NCBI GenBank assembly: GCA_964354495.1
Contig: CAYHAA010000001.1
Location: 257,870 to 321,869 of the forward strand
DNA from: an uncultured archaeon
GTDB taxonomy: Archaea > Asgardarchaeota > Thorarchaeia > Thorarchaeales > Thorarchaeaceae
Direction of reading: 5' to 3'
Length of the DNA: 64,000 bases
Position numbers and translations under genes: made by a program. The notes below the pieces were generated by a model. It saw only the letters and a list, made by a program, of their open reading frames with translations. It did not search any database and was not told the origin of the DNA. This document shows positions 8,966 to 17,900 of this stretch, one piece after another; positions within the stretch are counted from its first letter, which is position 1; each line of letters opens with the position of its first letter.

Positions 8966-9636
8966 AAGTGACCTGTGTAAGAAACAATAAGATCACGATA
9001 CGTATCAAAATCAAGGATGAACGAGTTGAATTTGAACACAGGAACTACTGGCACGCCCTCATGGAGCTCCACCTCTTCTACCAACCAGGTCACTAGAATG
9101 GGAAAGAATTCATATTCTCCGGGCACGATGGGCCGAAGCCTTTTCGACAGCTGTTCATGCTGAGCCAATAGTCGCATCGTCCTCTCTTTCTGTTTCTCTG
9201 CCGCTGCGCGCAAAGCCGATGACTTTCCTCCTCTAATACCCCACATCTTTGCATCGACTGAGAAGACCGACCTGTCATGGATGCCTATGACATCTATCTC
9301 CATGCCTCTGGCAGAGGAGTCACCCCTTCTACGAAAACTCTCCGTGCAACGGAAGCCATTCTCGTCCATGATATTGGCAATCAGACCCTCAAAGTCCTTC
9401 CAAGTCAGCAGACCGATGACTTCTGCTATATCTACGCCCTTCGCAATTACGGCCATAGCAATATTGATTCTCTTCTCTCTATCAACAATGATTCTCTGCT
9501 CCGAATCTCTGGACAACCCGAAGCGCTCCAGCATGTCTTGTTCTAGATTTACCTCATGAGAGATTATGTTGTTCTCCTTTGTCTGTCTGAGAAGCTCCAA
9601 GGCTGCGTTGTTGAAATTGGTCTTCATACTACGCAC
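8962..9636 (-). CDS. Mrr-like restriction endonuclease domain protein (PD-(D/E)xK nuclease)
   Basis: GMEIDVIGIHDRSVFSVDAKMWG gives D ... (D/E)xK spacing as in the Mrr catalytic domain. The N-terminal ~100 aa are helical and could be DNA-binding. Confidence 0.55.
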   Translation of the reverse strand: MRSMKTNFNNAALELLRQTKENNIISHEVNLEQDMLERFGLSRDSEQRIIVDREKRINIAMAVIAKGVDIAEVIGLLTWKDFEGLIANIMDENGFRCTESFRRRGDSSARGMEIDVIGIHDRSVFSVDAKMWGIRGGKSSALRAAAEKQKERTMRLLAQHEQLSKRLRPIVPGEYEFFPILVTWLVEEVELHEGVPVVPVFKFNSFILDFDTYRDLIVSYTGHF

Positions 9637-9691
9637 CCTTCTATCGAGTTAGTTTATAACTTGAGTTGGTGACAGAAGTGTAGGTGGGTTC

Positions 9692-10186
9692 ATGTCAGAG
9701 GCTCAAGAAGGTTGGCAAAGGGTTCTGAAGGCTTTTGATGACTGGATATACTACGAATCATCAGAATTTGGCCCATACACCGGATATTTCTCACTGGAGA
9801 ATTTTCGAGACCTCATGCATGGCGAGAGAGTTGGCTGGATGCGTTCTATGTATGAGAATATCATCCCTGGTCGTGTGGAGAGATGCAGGGATGCCGCAGT
9901 CGCGTTTGAGGACTTCATGCCATTTATGCCGGACCCTGATGCTCGTGATGTTGTACAATCAATGATTGACCTTGCTCAGGTCATCGTAGATTCCATGCTG
10001 ACCATGAGTGACACGTTTCATAGCATGATGGAAGAGTACGGATCCAGTGGATTCGACGAGGTAGTCCCATACTTGTCCAATCTTGCAGAGACCGAGGAGA
10101 GTATTCGTCACCATATGAGTCTCTTCAGCGAGGGATTCACAAGACTGAGGAGCTTGGGCTTGGAGATGCCTGATATGGAATCATAA
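9692..10186 (+). CDS. Hypothetical acidic protein (164 aa)
   Basis: Clean ORF with coding-like composition, located between the Mrr-like gene and the wHTH regulator. No motif recognised. Confidence 0.4.
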   Translation: MSEAQEGWQRVLKAFDDWIYYESSEFGPYTGYFSLENFRDLMHGERVGWMRSMYENIIPGRVERCRDAAVAFEDFMPFMPDPDARDVVQSMIDLAQVIVDSMLTMSDTFHSMMEEYGSSGFDEVVPYLSNLAETEESIRHHMSLFSEGFTRLRSLGLEMPDMES

Positions 10187-10325
10187 TTCTCTGGGCGCAG
10201 GTGTAGCAAGACTTAAGACAAGAGAGACGCCGTTTTATCTGACCCACAACAACGTGAGGTGAAAATCACAATGGGTACCGAAACAAACTACAAAGCCCAT
10301 CATTATCGGGTCTCAGACGCGAAAG

Positions 10326-10685
10326 GTGACCGCCAAGTTATGGCAGGTGACCGTGTTCTCGAGTGACCCTGAGGTCTTTCATACTAGTTATAGCAGTCTC
10401 TTGGCAACTCTTCTGCAATTAGCTGATGCTAGATTGAGTGCCACACAAAAGCTGGTTCTGACAATAGCTCACGGGTTGCTCAAGAATAGTGACCTTACTG
10501 TCACAGCGCTGGCAGACCAAGTCTCTCGAAGATCTGATATCCCGTACAGCACCGCAAAGTGGAATCTGCGTGCTCTCAAGGAGATGGGCCTTTTGAAGGG
10601 CGGTGATGTGTGCTCCAAAGGAGAAAACGCTTGCCTGACGTCTGAAGCACGAATGCTGGCAGACTATTTTGAGCGAAACCAATAG
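10326..10685 (+). CDS. Winged-helix transcriptional regulator (MarR/ArsR/TrmB-like wHTH), GTG start
   Basis: LSATQKLVLTIAHGLLKNSDLTVTALADQVSRRSDIPYSTAKWNLRALKEMGLLKG has a helix-turn-helix plus wing pattern. It is followed by a hairpin and T-tract terminator. Confidence 0.5.
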   Translation: MTAKLWQVTVFSSDPEVFHTSYSSLLATLLQLADARLSATQKLVLTIAHGLLKNSDLTVTALADQVSRRSDIPYSTAKWNLRALKEMGLLKGGDVCSKGENACLTSEARMLADYFERNQ

Positions 10686-10690
10686 GAAGA

Positions 10691-10719
10691 AGGGGCATTC
10701 GAAGCCCCTCGTTTTTTTA
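10691..10719 (+). terminator. Hairpin plus T-tract terminator (AGGGGC-attcgaa-GCCCCT then CGTTTTTTTA)
   Basis: A perfect 6-bp GC-rich stem at 10691..10709 is immediately followed by T7. It lies 6 nt after the wHTH stop codon. Confidence 0.5.
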
Positions 10720-10899
10720 TATCAAGTAATCGCTGGAAGACGAATCTCTCGAACGCTTCGCTCTTGGTTTGGTCTATGTGATTTCATATGAACCTCGGTA
10801 TAGGTCTGGGGAATCAACCACTTCAAGCAACTCCTCTCCTTTCATAAAGTTGATAAACACGTTACAGGAACGGGTGAGTTATTCGGGCAGGTTTCGCCA

Positions 10900-12132
10900 A
10901 TGACCAGTCTTACAGTCGAGCAGCTCCAGCCATGGTACAAGAAACAGCTCACAAGAAGATCCGCTGAATTCATCAAACAGGCTGAGAGAATCTATAAAGT
11001 CGTTGAACGAGCACTCAAGGATGTCCAAGAACTTGTGAAGGCATTCGAAGTCGAAGGCGAAGATGACCCCGAATCCACCGGCATTGCGGCCAGATTTGGC
11101 ATGAAGCTCAAGGAGATTGTTTCCGATTTCTACGTTGAGAAGGAAATCACCTACGAAAGTACTGAAAACATGCAAGGTGAGATACAACGATTCATCCAGG
11201 AACTCTGGGGTGCCGGAGCCCGCTGGATCAGGAGAATGGACAAACGCCACAAGGCAACGATAAAGGCGCTCGATGAGTCAATGAAGGAACTTGCAAGAGA
11301 GATGAAGCGGATTGGCAAGCTTCTCTATGACTATGCCTGGTTGAAAGATATTGAGCGTATTGGTGGTCGAATTACCACACTGCACGACCTCACTTTCAGT
11401 AAGGAGGTGTTCGAGGAGCAGATTGGTACCGTACGATTGAAGATTCAGACCGCTGAAAGTGATTTTCAGAATACTAAGCGTGCATATGACCAGTTTTTGG
11501 AGACATCGAATGTTGCGGAATTGCTCAGCCTAGACGAACAAGCACAGCGCATTTCGAGTCTGCTTCGAATGAAACTCAATCCGTTGAAGAAACAGGTGAG
11601 GAAATTCCTGCAGGTTGACACAGGTGTTCGGGTGGGTCCATCAGGCCAAATCGCTCTAACTGAGTACTTCGATGACCCATATGCCGCAATCGTAAAGGAG
11701 GCTGAGGGCTATCCGGGTCTTCTAGAAGGTCTCAAGGGTGTCGAAGAAGCTATTGAGGCTGACAAGTTGGACCTGAAAGATCGACTTGGAAGACGTGCTG
11801 TGGAAGAGATCGAAGCCATTCGAAATGGAGGCCTTCAGGAGCTCCAGACCCAAGCAAAAGACGTCGAAGCGAAAAGACATACCTACGCTGGGTCTGATGT
11901 GTACAAGAGAAGCGAGCAACTTCAAGCAGCGCTCAACGAGGCTCAGAAGAACCTAGAATACCATAAGAACGACCTGCTCAGAATCCGCGATGATCTTGAA
12001 CGTCAAATTACAAAGGTGAAAGAATTCAAGTCACGCATCGAATCTGAAGTACTCGAGGCGTTTGGTGAGAAAGTCACGATAGAGCTTGAAGTCTCACTTG
12101 AACCGCTCATCAAGATGTGCGTCATTGAATAG
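10900..12132 (+). CDS. Hypothetical coiled-coil protein (410 aa)
   Basis: ATG start. Long heptad-like helical segments rich in E/K/R/L/Q. No catalytic motifs. First gene after a probable promoter in the 10720..10899 gap. Confidence 0.5.
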   Translation: MTSLTVEQLQPWYKKQLTRRSAEFIKQAERIYKVVERALKDVQELVKAFEVEGEDDPESTGIAARFGMKLKEIVSDFYVEKEITYESTENMQGEIQRFIQELWGAGARWIRRMDKRHKATIKALDESMKELAREMKRIGKLLYDYAWLKDIERIGGRITTLHDLTFSKEVFEEQIGTVRLKIQTAESDFQNTKRAYDQFLETSNVAELLSLDEQAQRISSLLRMKLNPLKKQVRKFLQVDTGVRVGPSGQIALTEYFDDPYAAIVKEAEGYPGLLEGLKGVEEAIEADKLDLKDRLGRRAVEEIEAIRNGGLQELQTQAKDVEAKRHTYAGSDVYKRSEQLQAALNEAQKNLEYHKNDLLRIRDDLERQITKVKEFKSRIESEVLEAFGEKVTIELEVSLEPLIKMCVIE

Positions 12133-12148
12133 GTGAAGGCCGGGTATC

Positions 12149-12973
12149 TTGCGCGTATTAGTCACATCAGAGAAAGACCCTGCTAGCCAGACAATCAAGA
12201 GAGTACTAGTGGATGGATATGGCTTCTCACCGAACGGCGAGTACTTTGAGAGCAATCCCATCCTCTCCCACAATGACTCTACAATACTTATCACGACCAG
12301 CCGCGATATGATATTCTGCGACCATCTTGAGTCGCATTTCTCTGCGGAAGCATTCATTTTCTGTTCACGCCATCGAGCCGAGTCAGCCAAGCCAGCCCTG
12401 CTTGTACATAGCACTGGCAATCTCGGCAGTGAGGCTCTATTTGGTGGTCATCCCTTTCAGGTATCTGTGTCATCCCCGCAACTGGTTGCGGCGGCACTCA
12501 AGAGGCTATCAGTCGAAAAGATCCGACGGTCCTTGACGGAATTTGATGTTTCACTTGAGGTTACACATCATGGCCCTACTTCTCTGAACACTCCTATTGT
12601 GTTTGTGGAGCTGGGCAGCACTGAGGAATACTGGGTCCACAATGAGGGAGCACGAGCAGTCGCGGCTGCCATAATGGACTGCACTAAGGAGCCCCTGCTT
12701 GGTGAAGCAGCTATCGGTTTTGGTGGAACGCATTACGCCAGCAAGTTCAACAAGCTCGTTCTTGAGAAGGGCTACAAGATTGGTCACATTGCTCCAAAAT
12801 ACTCCCTTAACGAACTGACTCTAGATGTCATCAAGCAGATGATCACACGAACAACCGGCTGTGTGAAGAAAGCGATTGTTGATTGGAAAGGAATGAATGC
12901 TGAGAATAAGGAGCATCTATTCCCTCTTCTTGACGAGGCAGGACTCCAGATGGTCAGCGATAAGGATGCCTGA
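12149..12973 (+). CDS. dtdA: D-aminoacyl-tRNA deacylase, archaeal type (DTD2)
   Basis: The N-terminus (M)RVLVTSEKDPAS matches the conserved DtdA start (MKxLxxxSxxDPAS). The ~270-aa length and GGTHYASKFN-type segment fit the family. TTG start. Confidence 0.8.
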   Translation: MRVLVTSEKDPASQTIKRVLVDGYGFSPNGEYFESNPILSHNDSTILITTSRDMIFCDHLESHFSAEAFIFCSRHRAESAKPALLVHSTGNLGSEALFGGHPFQVSVSSPQLVAAALKRLSVEKIRRSLTEFDVSLEVTHHGPTSLNTPIVFVELGSTEEYWVHNEGARAVAAAIMDCTKEPLLGEAAIGFGGTHYASKFNKLVLEKGYKIGHIAPKYSLNELTLDVIKQMITRTTGCVKKAIVDWKGMNAENKEHLFPLLDEAGLQMVSDKDA

Positions 12974-13095
12974 TGTCGGTACACTACCGTAGAAGAACTG
13001 CTCCTTAGACCTTTCAACTGATGTTACTACACTCCCGAAAGGCTAATTACAGTCCTTTGATAAACCCCAAATACCACCATCCAGTTGGGAATGAT

Positions 13096-13941
13096 ATGTG
13101 CCCTGAAGACAATGCTGTAATAGGCGAAATCTTGGAGAAAGTGGGCACGCTAGCAGAAGAACTCGCGAGCATTCGGAAGGACCTTGGTGCGCTAGGTTCG
13201 ATTCCAGGAATTGCAAAGAAAGTTGATGGTCTAACAAGCTCAGCAAATGAGATCAGTAAGACAATGCAGGGTATTCATGAGTCCAAAGAATACGAAGTCA
13301 TTATCAAGAAGCTTGATGACCTTCTGATAAGTCTGTCCGAACCTGAAGTCATAACCAAGAAACTCGACGACCTTCAAGGATACGTAGCTGGTCTGTCTGG
13401 AATAGAAGAAAAGGTCGAAGACTTGTCAAGGGCATTCCAAGAGACTCAAGAAATAGTTGGCATCATTGTTCGCCAGCTTGATGACATTGAACGCAAATAC
13501 AATCTTTCCATCGATAAGATAAGCGAAACTGCAGATACTGTTGCGAGAATCGCTGAAGGCGCTTCATCTACGCCAACAAGAGCAACAGAGAGGAAGACAC
13601 ACAAGAACGACGAAGAAGCTGTTTCTGTGCCTGAGAAGAAAGTACCTGTTCCCAAGGCTAGTCTTCCGTCAACAATCGATGCGCTAATGGATCGATTATT
13701 GAATCTAGTTAATCCACAGACTGAAGCTACGAAGATGGGAGAGGCTCTCGAGGATGTCCGTGATGAATTGACCTCGATGATACAGGGTCACACCCCCGTG
13801 CTATTCCAATTTGGGAAGAAGGCACGAGAGCTCAAGTCGTACCCACCTACAGCCACTCTCAACGAGAACGATATAGCCAGTCTGAACAAAGACATCAAAT
13901 CTTGGACAAGCAAACTCAAAGAGATTGCAAAGAGCTCGTAA
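13096..13941 (+). CDS. Hypothetical coiled-coil protein with internal KKLDDL repeats
   Basis: The ORF is open from 13021. The first ATG giving a plausible N-terminus is at 13096 (MCPEDNAVIGEILEKV). It contains a tandem peptide repeat EVIIKKLDDLLISLSEPEV / ITKKLDDLQGYVAGLSGIEEKV. The mid region is Ser/Thr/Pro-rich. Confidence 0.45.
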   Translation: MCPEDNAVIGEILEKVGTLAEELASIRKDLGALGSIPGIAKKVDGLTSSANEISKTMQGIHESKEYEVIIKKLDDLLISLSEPEVITKKLDDLQGYVAGLSGIEEKVEDLSRAFQETQEIVGIIVRQLDDIERKYNLSIDKISETADTVARIAEGASSTPTRATERKTHKNDEEAVSVPEKKVPVPKASLPSTIDALMDRLLNLVNPQTEATKMGEALEDVRDELTSMIQGHTPVLFQFGKKARELKSYPPTATLNENDIASLNKDIKSWTSKLKEIAKSS

Positions 13942-14132
13942 GTAGGACGCACCCTTCGAGAATGGACCTATCACGCCTCTTGTCTGATTATCATCCCGGT
14001 TTTTCTAGCATAGGTTTATCTCCAAAATCTGCAATTGCGCAATTGAACATGCCTGGGGTGATATTGAGTCCCTAGGTGAACGGAGCTCGAAAGATTCGGC
14101 TCTCTCATCATCTTCAATGGACGGTGGCAGCC

Positions 14133-14939
14133 ATGGAATTACCAAAGCACAACAACGAACTTCAACAGAGAATTCAATTGCTCGATGCAGCTGCAGATCA
14201 GCAGCTGGCAAAGGAACTAATGGAGTTGCATCAGGTCAAATGCACTGAGTGCCAAGAAGATCGGCTCAGATGTGCGACTCGGCCGGCCTGCATGACTCGC
14301 AATTTCCTCAACACTCTCATAGAAATTGGCGTCGAAGTCAGCGATATGCCAGCTTTCTGCTACAGCGTGAACCTTGATCAAGTCCGCCGCCTTATTCTAG
14401 AGAAGAAGGGCAAAAAGATGCTGGATCGTAGGCTCCCGATAAAGGACCTCCTCCAGACACTGGGAATCAGTTCAATCAGGCATTTTACAACCAAGTTCAA
14501 GAAAGAATGGTCTAATTTCTCTTCGGTCAACGAAGGCAATACGATGCTTGTGACCGGGAACGATCTGCTGTTTCGCTTCGATTTCGTTCGCGGAATAGTA
14601 ACGATCAATCCTACCAAGGATCGAATCAATACACTCGGCGTTTTCAAGCTCTACTGCCAGTTGTTCTCAGAGAGGTATCAGGTGAAGTCAACAGTGAAGG
14701 ATGTGACTCCGAATTGGTGGATCCTCTCAGTTGAAGCTAGCCGTCCTGACTCTGCAGCTCTCAGAGCTCTACAGAAGAGTGAAACAGCTAGTGCTTTCGA
14801 AGCGACTTATCTTAAGGAAACTGAAGGCTCAGCCCAGATACAGATAGAGGTCATTCTTGATTCTGATGCGAAGTATCTGGAAGCAGAACGCCTCGATGAG
14901 ATGTTTGCGAAAGTAAGCAAGATTAGCAGCACAGCTTGA
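14133..14939 (+). CDS. Hypothetical protein with N-terminal Cys cluster (CTECQEDRLRCATRPAC; possible zinc knuckle)
   Basis: The ORF is open from 14076. The first ATG is at 14133 (MELPKHNNEL). It has Cx2Cx6Cx5C near the N-terminus. A 14-nt perfect palindrome lies upstream at 14031..14044. Confidence 0.45.
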   Translation: MELPKHNNELQQRIQLLDAAADQQLAKELMELHQVKCTECQEDRLRCATRPACMTRNFLNTLIEIGVEVSDMPAFCYSVNLDQVRRLILEKKGKKMLDRRLPIKDLLQTLGISSIRHFTTKFKKEWSNFSSVNEGNTMLVTGNDLLFRFDFVRGIVTINPTKDRINTLGVFKLYCQLFSERYQVKSTVKDVTPNWWILSVEASRPDSAALRALQKSETASAFEATYLKETEGSAQIQIEVILDSDAKYLEAERLDEMFAKVSKISSTA

Positions 14940-14988
14940 GGAACAAATCAACAGTTCAGACGAACATACACTGCGGTGGGATGCACAA

Positions 14989-17900
14989 ATGAGTGACGAC
15001 ATAGTAAGTAAATCGGTGCCTATTCTCAGGGATAGCCTCGGTCTGACAGATGCAGAGGCAAAAGCAATCGTGCCAATCTACCTGGGAGGCAACATGACTG
15101 CCGGAGGAGTTGCTCTTCTTACAGGAGAGAAACTCGCTACGGTTCAGAAAACCCTTGGTCGCCTTACGAACAAAGGTCTGATCAAGCAGATTGATGGGAT
15201 AGTTCCTGTCTACAGAGCCTTGTCGCCTGTTATGGCTCTTTCAGGGCCTCTTGGAGATTCTCTCAACGATGTGAGGGCTCTCACAAGTGACTCAGAACAG
15301 GTATTCTCTTCTAGAGTGAAGGATACTGAGTCCGTGGCTGAAGATATCATAGGCTCCCAGACCAAGTCTCTGGACGAAATGAGGGCGGCTCTCACATCAT
15401 ACGAGAACGAAGTCCTAGAGCTCGTAACAAAGCAGGTCGAGAATGTAGTATCGACCGCAACGAGCACGATGACTGGATTCTCAGATGAGATTGAGCAGGC
15501 GATGAATGGTCTCGACGCCATCCTCGAAGAGAGCCTAGGAACGAAAATGCGCGAGCTACAGACCGAGATCGATAAGGCTCAACTAGCCATGGACAAGGAT
15601 CTGAAGGTACAGGTTCGCGAATTCGATGGATGGCTCAAGACTGAACGAAAGGGAGCCTTGGGGTCCATCAAGGAGTTCGAAACAAAGTCTGCTTCTATTG
15701 TTGAATCCGCTAAGGAGGCTGTGACAGCAGCACTCTCAACATCTTCAGACCAGGTCCAGAATCTAGCACGAGAGATTTCTGGAAAACTGGCCTCTATGGC
15801 ATCTACCGCATCTGATGACGGCATCGCAGTGATCAATAATGTTTCAGCAGAGATTTCGCAATTGCTCAACCTTCTCGATAGTGAACTATCACAAGCATAT
15901 CTCGCGGGGCAGGAATCATTAAAGGAAGTAGTCACTCAGGCACGCAGTGTTTCCAAGGAATACGGTGAGTTTGCACAGAATCGTATCGGTGCTGCAGTAG
16001 AGATTGCAGATTCTGTAGGCGGAATTGTCGACGATTGGAAGAACGAAGTCTCGGGATTCATGGAGGTTGCATCCCAATCTGTGACATCCCAGCTGAATCA
16101 GGTTGCTTCCACAGATGCATCCTATCTTGAAGTGATGAAGAACTCCCTTACATCACACGTCGAGAGAGTCAACGAATTGCTAGCTGAAGAATACGGTGGG
16201 CTCTCTGCCCTTGTTACCTCTCTTGGGAGCGAGACAGAGACAACACTCTCAGACACTCGTTCAATGGTACTTGAGCTTCTTCAGGCGCAGAATGATGAGG
16301 AAGAGAAAGACTGTGATATCGCCGCAGACAAGCTAAACGCGGAACTTGATAACTGGGTCAGCGATTCAGTCACCTCCATAGAAAAGAAGATGAAAGACAC
16401 GTCCAAGGATGTTTCAACCATCCTAGATACAGAAACCTCTGAACTGAACTCCATCTCCAAGACGATGAATAGTCGACTGAAGTCCGCTTTCAATTCCGTC
16501 ATAAAGAGCACAGCCACAAAGAATGAAACGCTTCTTACATCGGTGAAGAAGACAAGTCATGACTTCGAAGCCGATATAGAAAGCAGACTCGAGGAGTTGA
16601 TTGGTAGCTACACGACAGCAACGGAAAAGCAGGTCCGCGAGTCAAAAGAACTGTATGAGGGTTTGCGTGAACGTTTAGATGGCCGAATGTCGGAGTCCGT
16701 TTCTGCAATCAATTCTCAAGCTGACAGGATTCAGAAAGATATCACTAACACAATAGCTGAACAGACCAGTAGAATCGATCAACATGCACTGGGTATCAAA
16801 GAGGAATTTCATAATCGGTTAGAAGAGATCACGAACCAATTTCTGTCGCTGACGCACGGCCTTGAGGCAACATTCAATGGTCTCTTGTCATCTCAGACCA
16901 TTGAGGCACGTGATCTCATTGCATCAGCTCATTCAGAGTTCCGATTCATTATGAAGAACGAGGTCACCACGCTCAAGGACGACTCACTGAAGATACAGCA
17001 GGAATACTCCACTGAGCTTGCCCTGAAGATTGATGATGTTGCATCCTCTGTTGCCGCTGTAAAGAAAGCCCTCAATGAACTCTCAGTTCAAAAACGCTTT
17101 GAGATATCTGAAAGTATGGCGAAGACACTTGCAGACCTCGAGTCGTCCATCAGGAGCACTGAGGAGAGTCTACGCGACATCGAGTCCGGAACTATTACCC
17201 AGTTCATCGAGAATATGGATCAGGTCTCTGAAGAGTTCAAAGTCACTGTGGCTGGTGCACGTGATAGTGTAGCTGAACGTTTGGATAGCGTGAAGGATGT
17301 GGCCGCAGCGTCACTGGCAAAGAGTTCAGCAGCAGCGAAGTTGGTTGCTGATGGATTCATAGCTGAACAGAAGGATATCAGACAACGACACCTTGCTGAG
17401 GCGAGCAAGAAGATGAATAGACTTGCCACCAAGAGAGGGAAGGACTCCTCAGCATCTATCGAAGCGTTCCAGAAGCTACTCTCGGAACGTCAGACGAGTA
17501 GTGTGAAAGATAGAAGCACTGCGAAGGATGAGGTGTATGCAGCAGTAGAAACGCGTAGGTCTGAGGTTGCCAATGCATTTGACGCAGCAGCAGTATGGGT
17601 CGATTCATCTGTGTCCAATGTTGCCACCTCACTTGATGCCTTTGGCACCAAATTGACGAATGAACTTACTCTAATGCAGAAAGGTCTCCAGAAAGCTGGA
17701 GCTGAGGCGGCATCGGCAATCCAGGAGCGTGGCGAGGCTGATATCGACAGCTTCCAGGAAATCGCCTCTGCACTCATAGAAAACACTGAGTCGATTGTGA
17801 AGGCACGAATAAACGAATTTGGAGATAGTTGTTCAGATGCTCTTGCAAAGAGCAATGACTCCTTTACGTCCATGCCAACCCGATTGAGTGAGGACATCAA

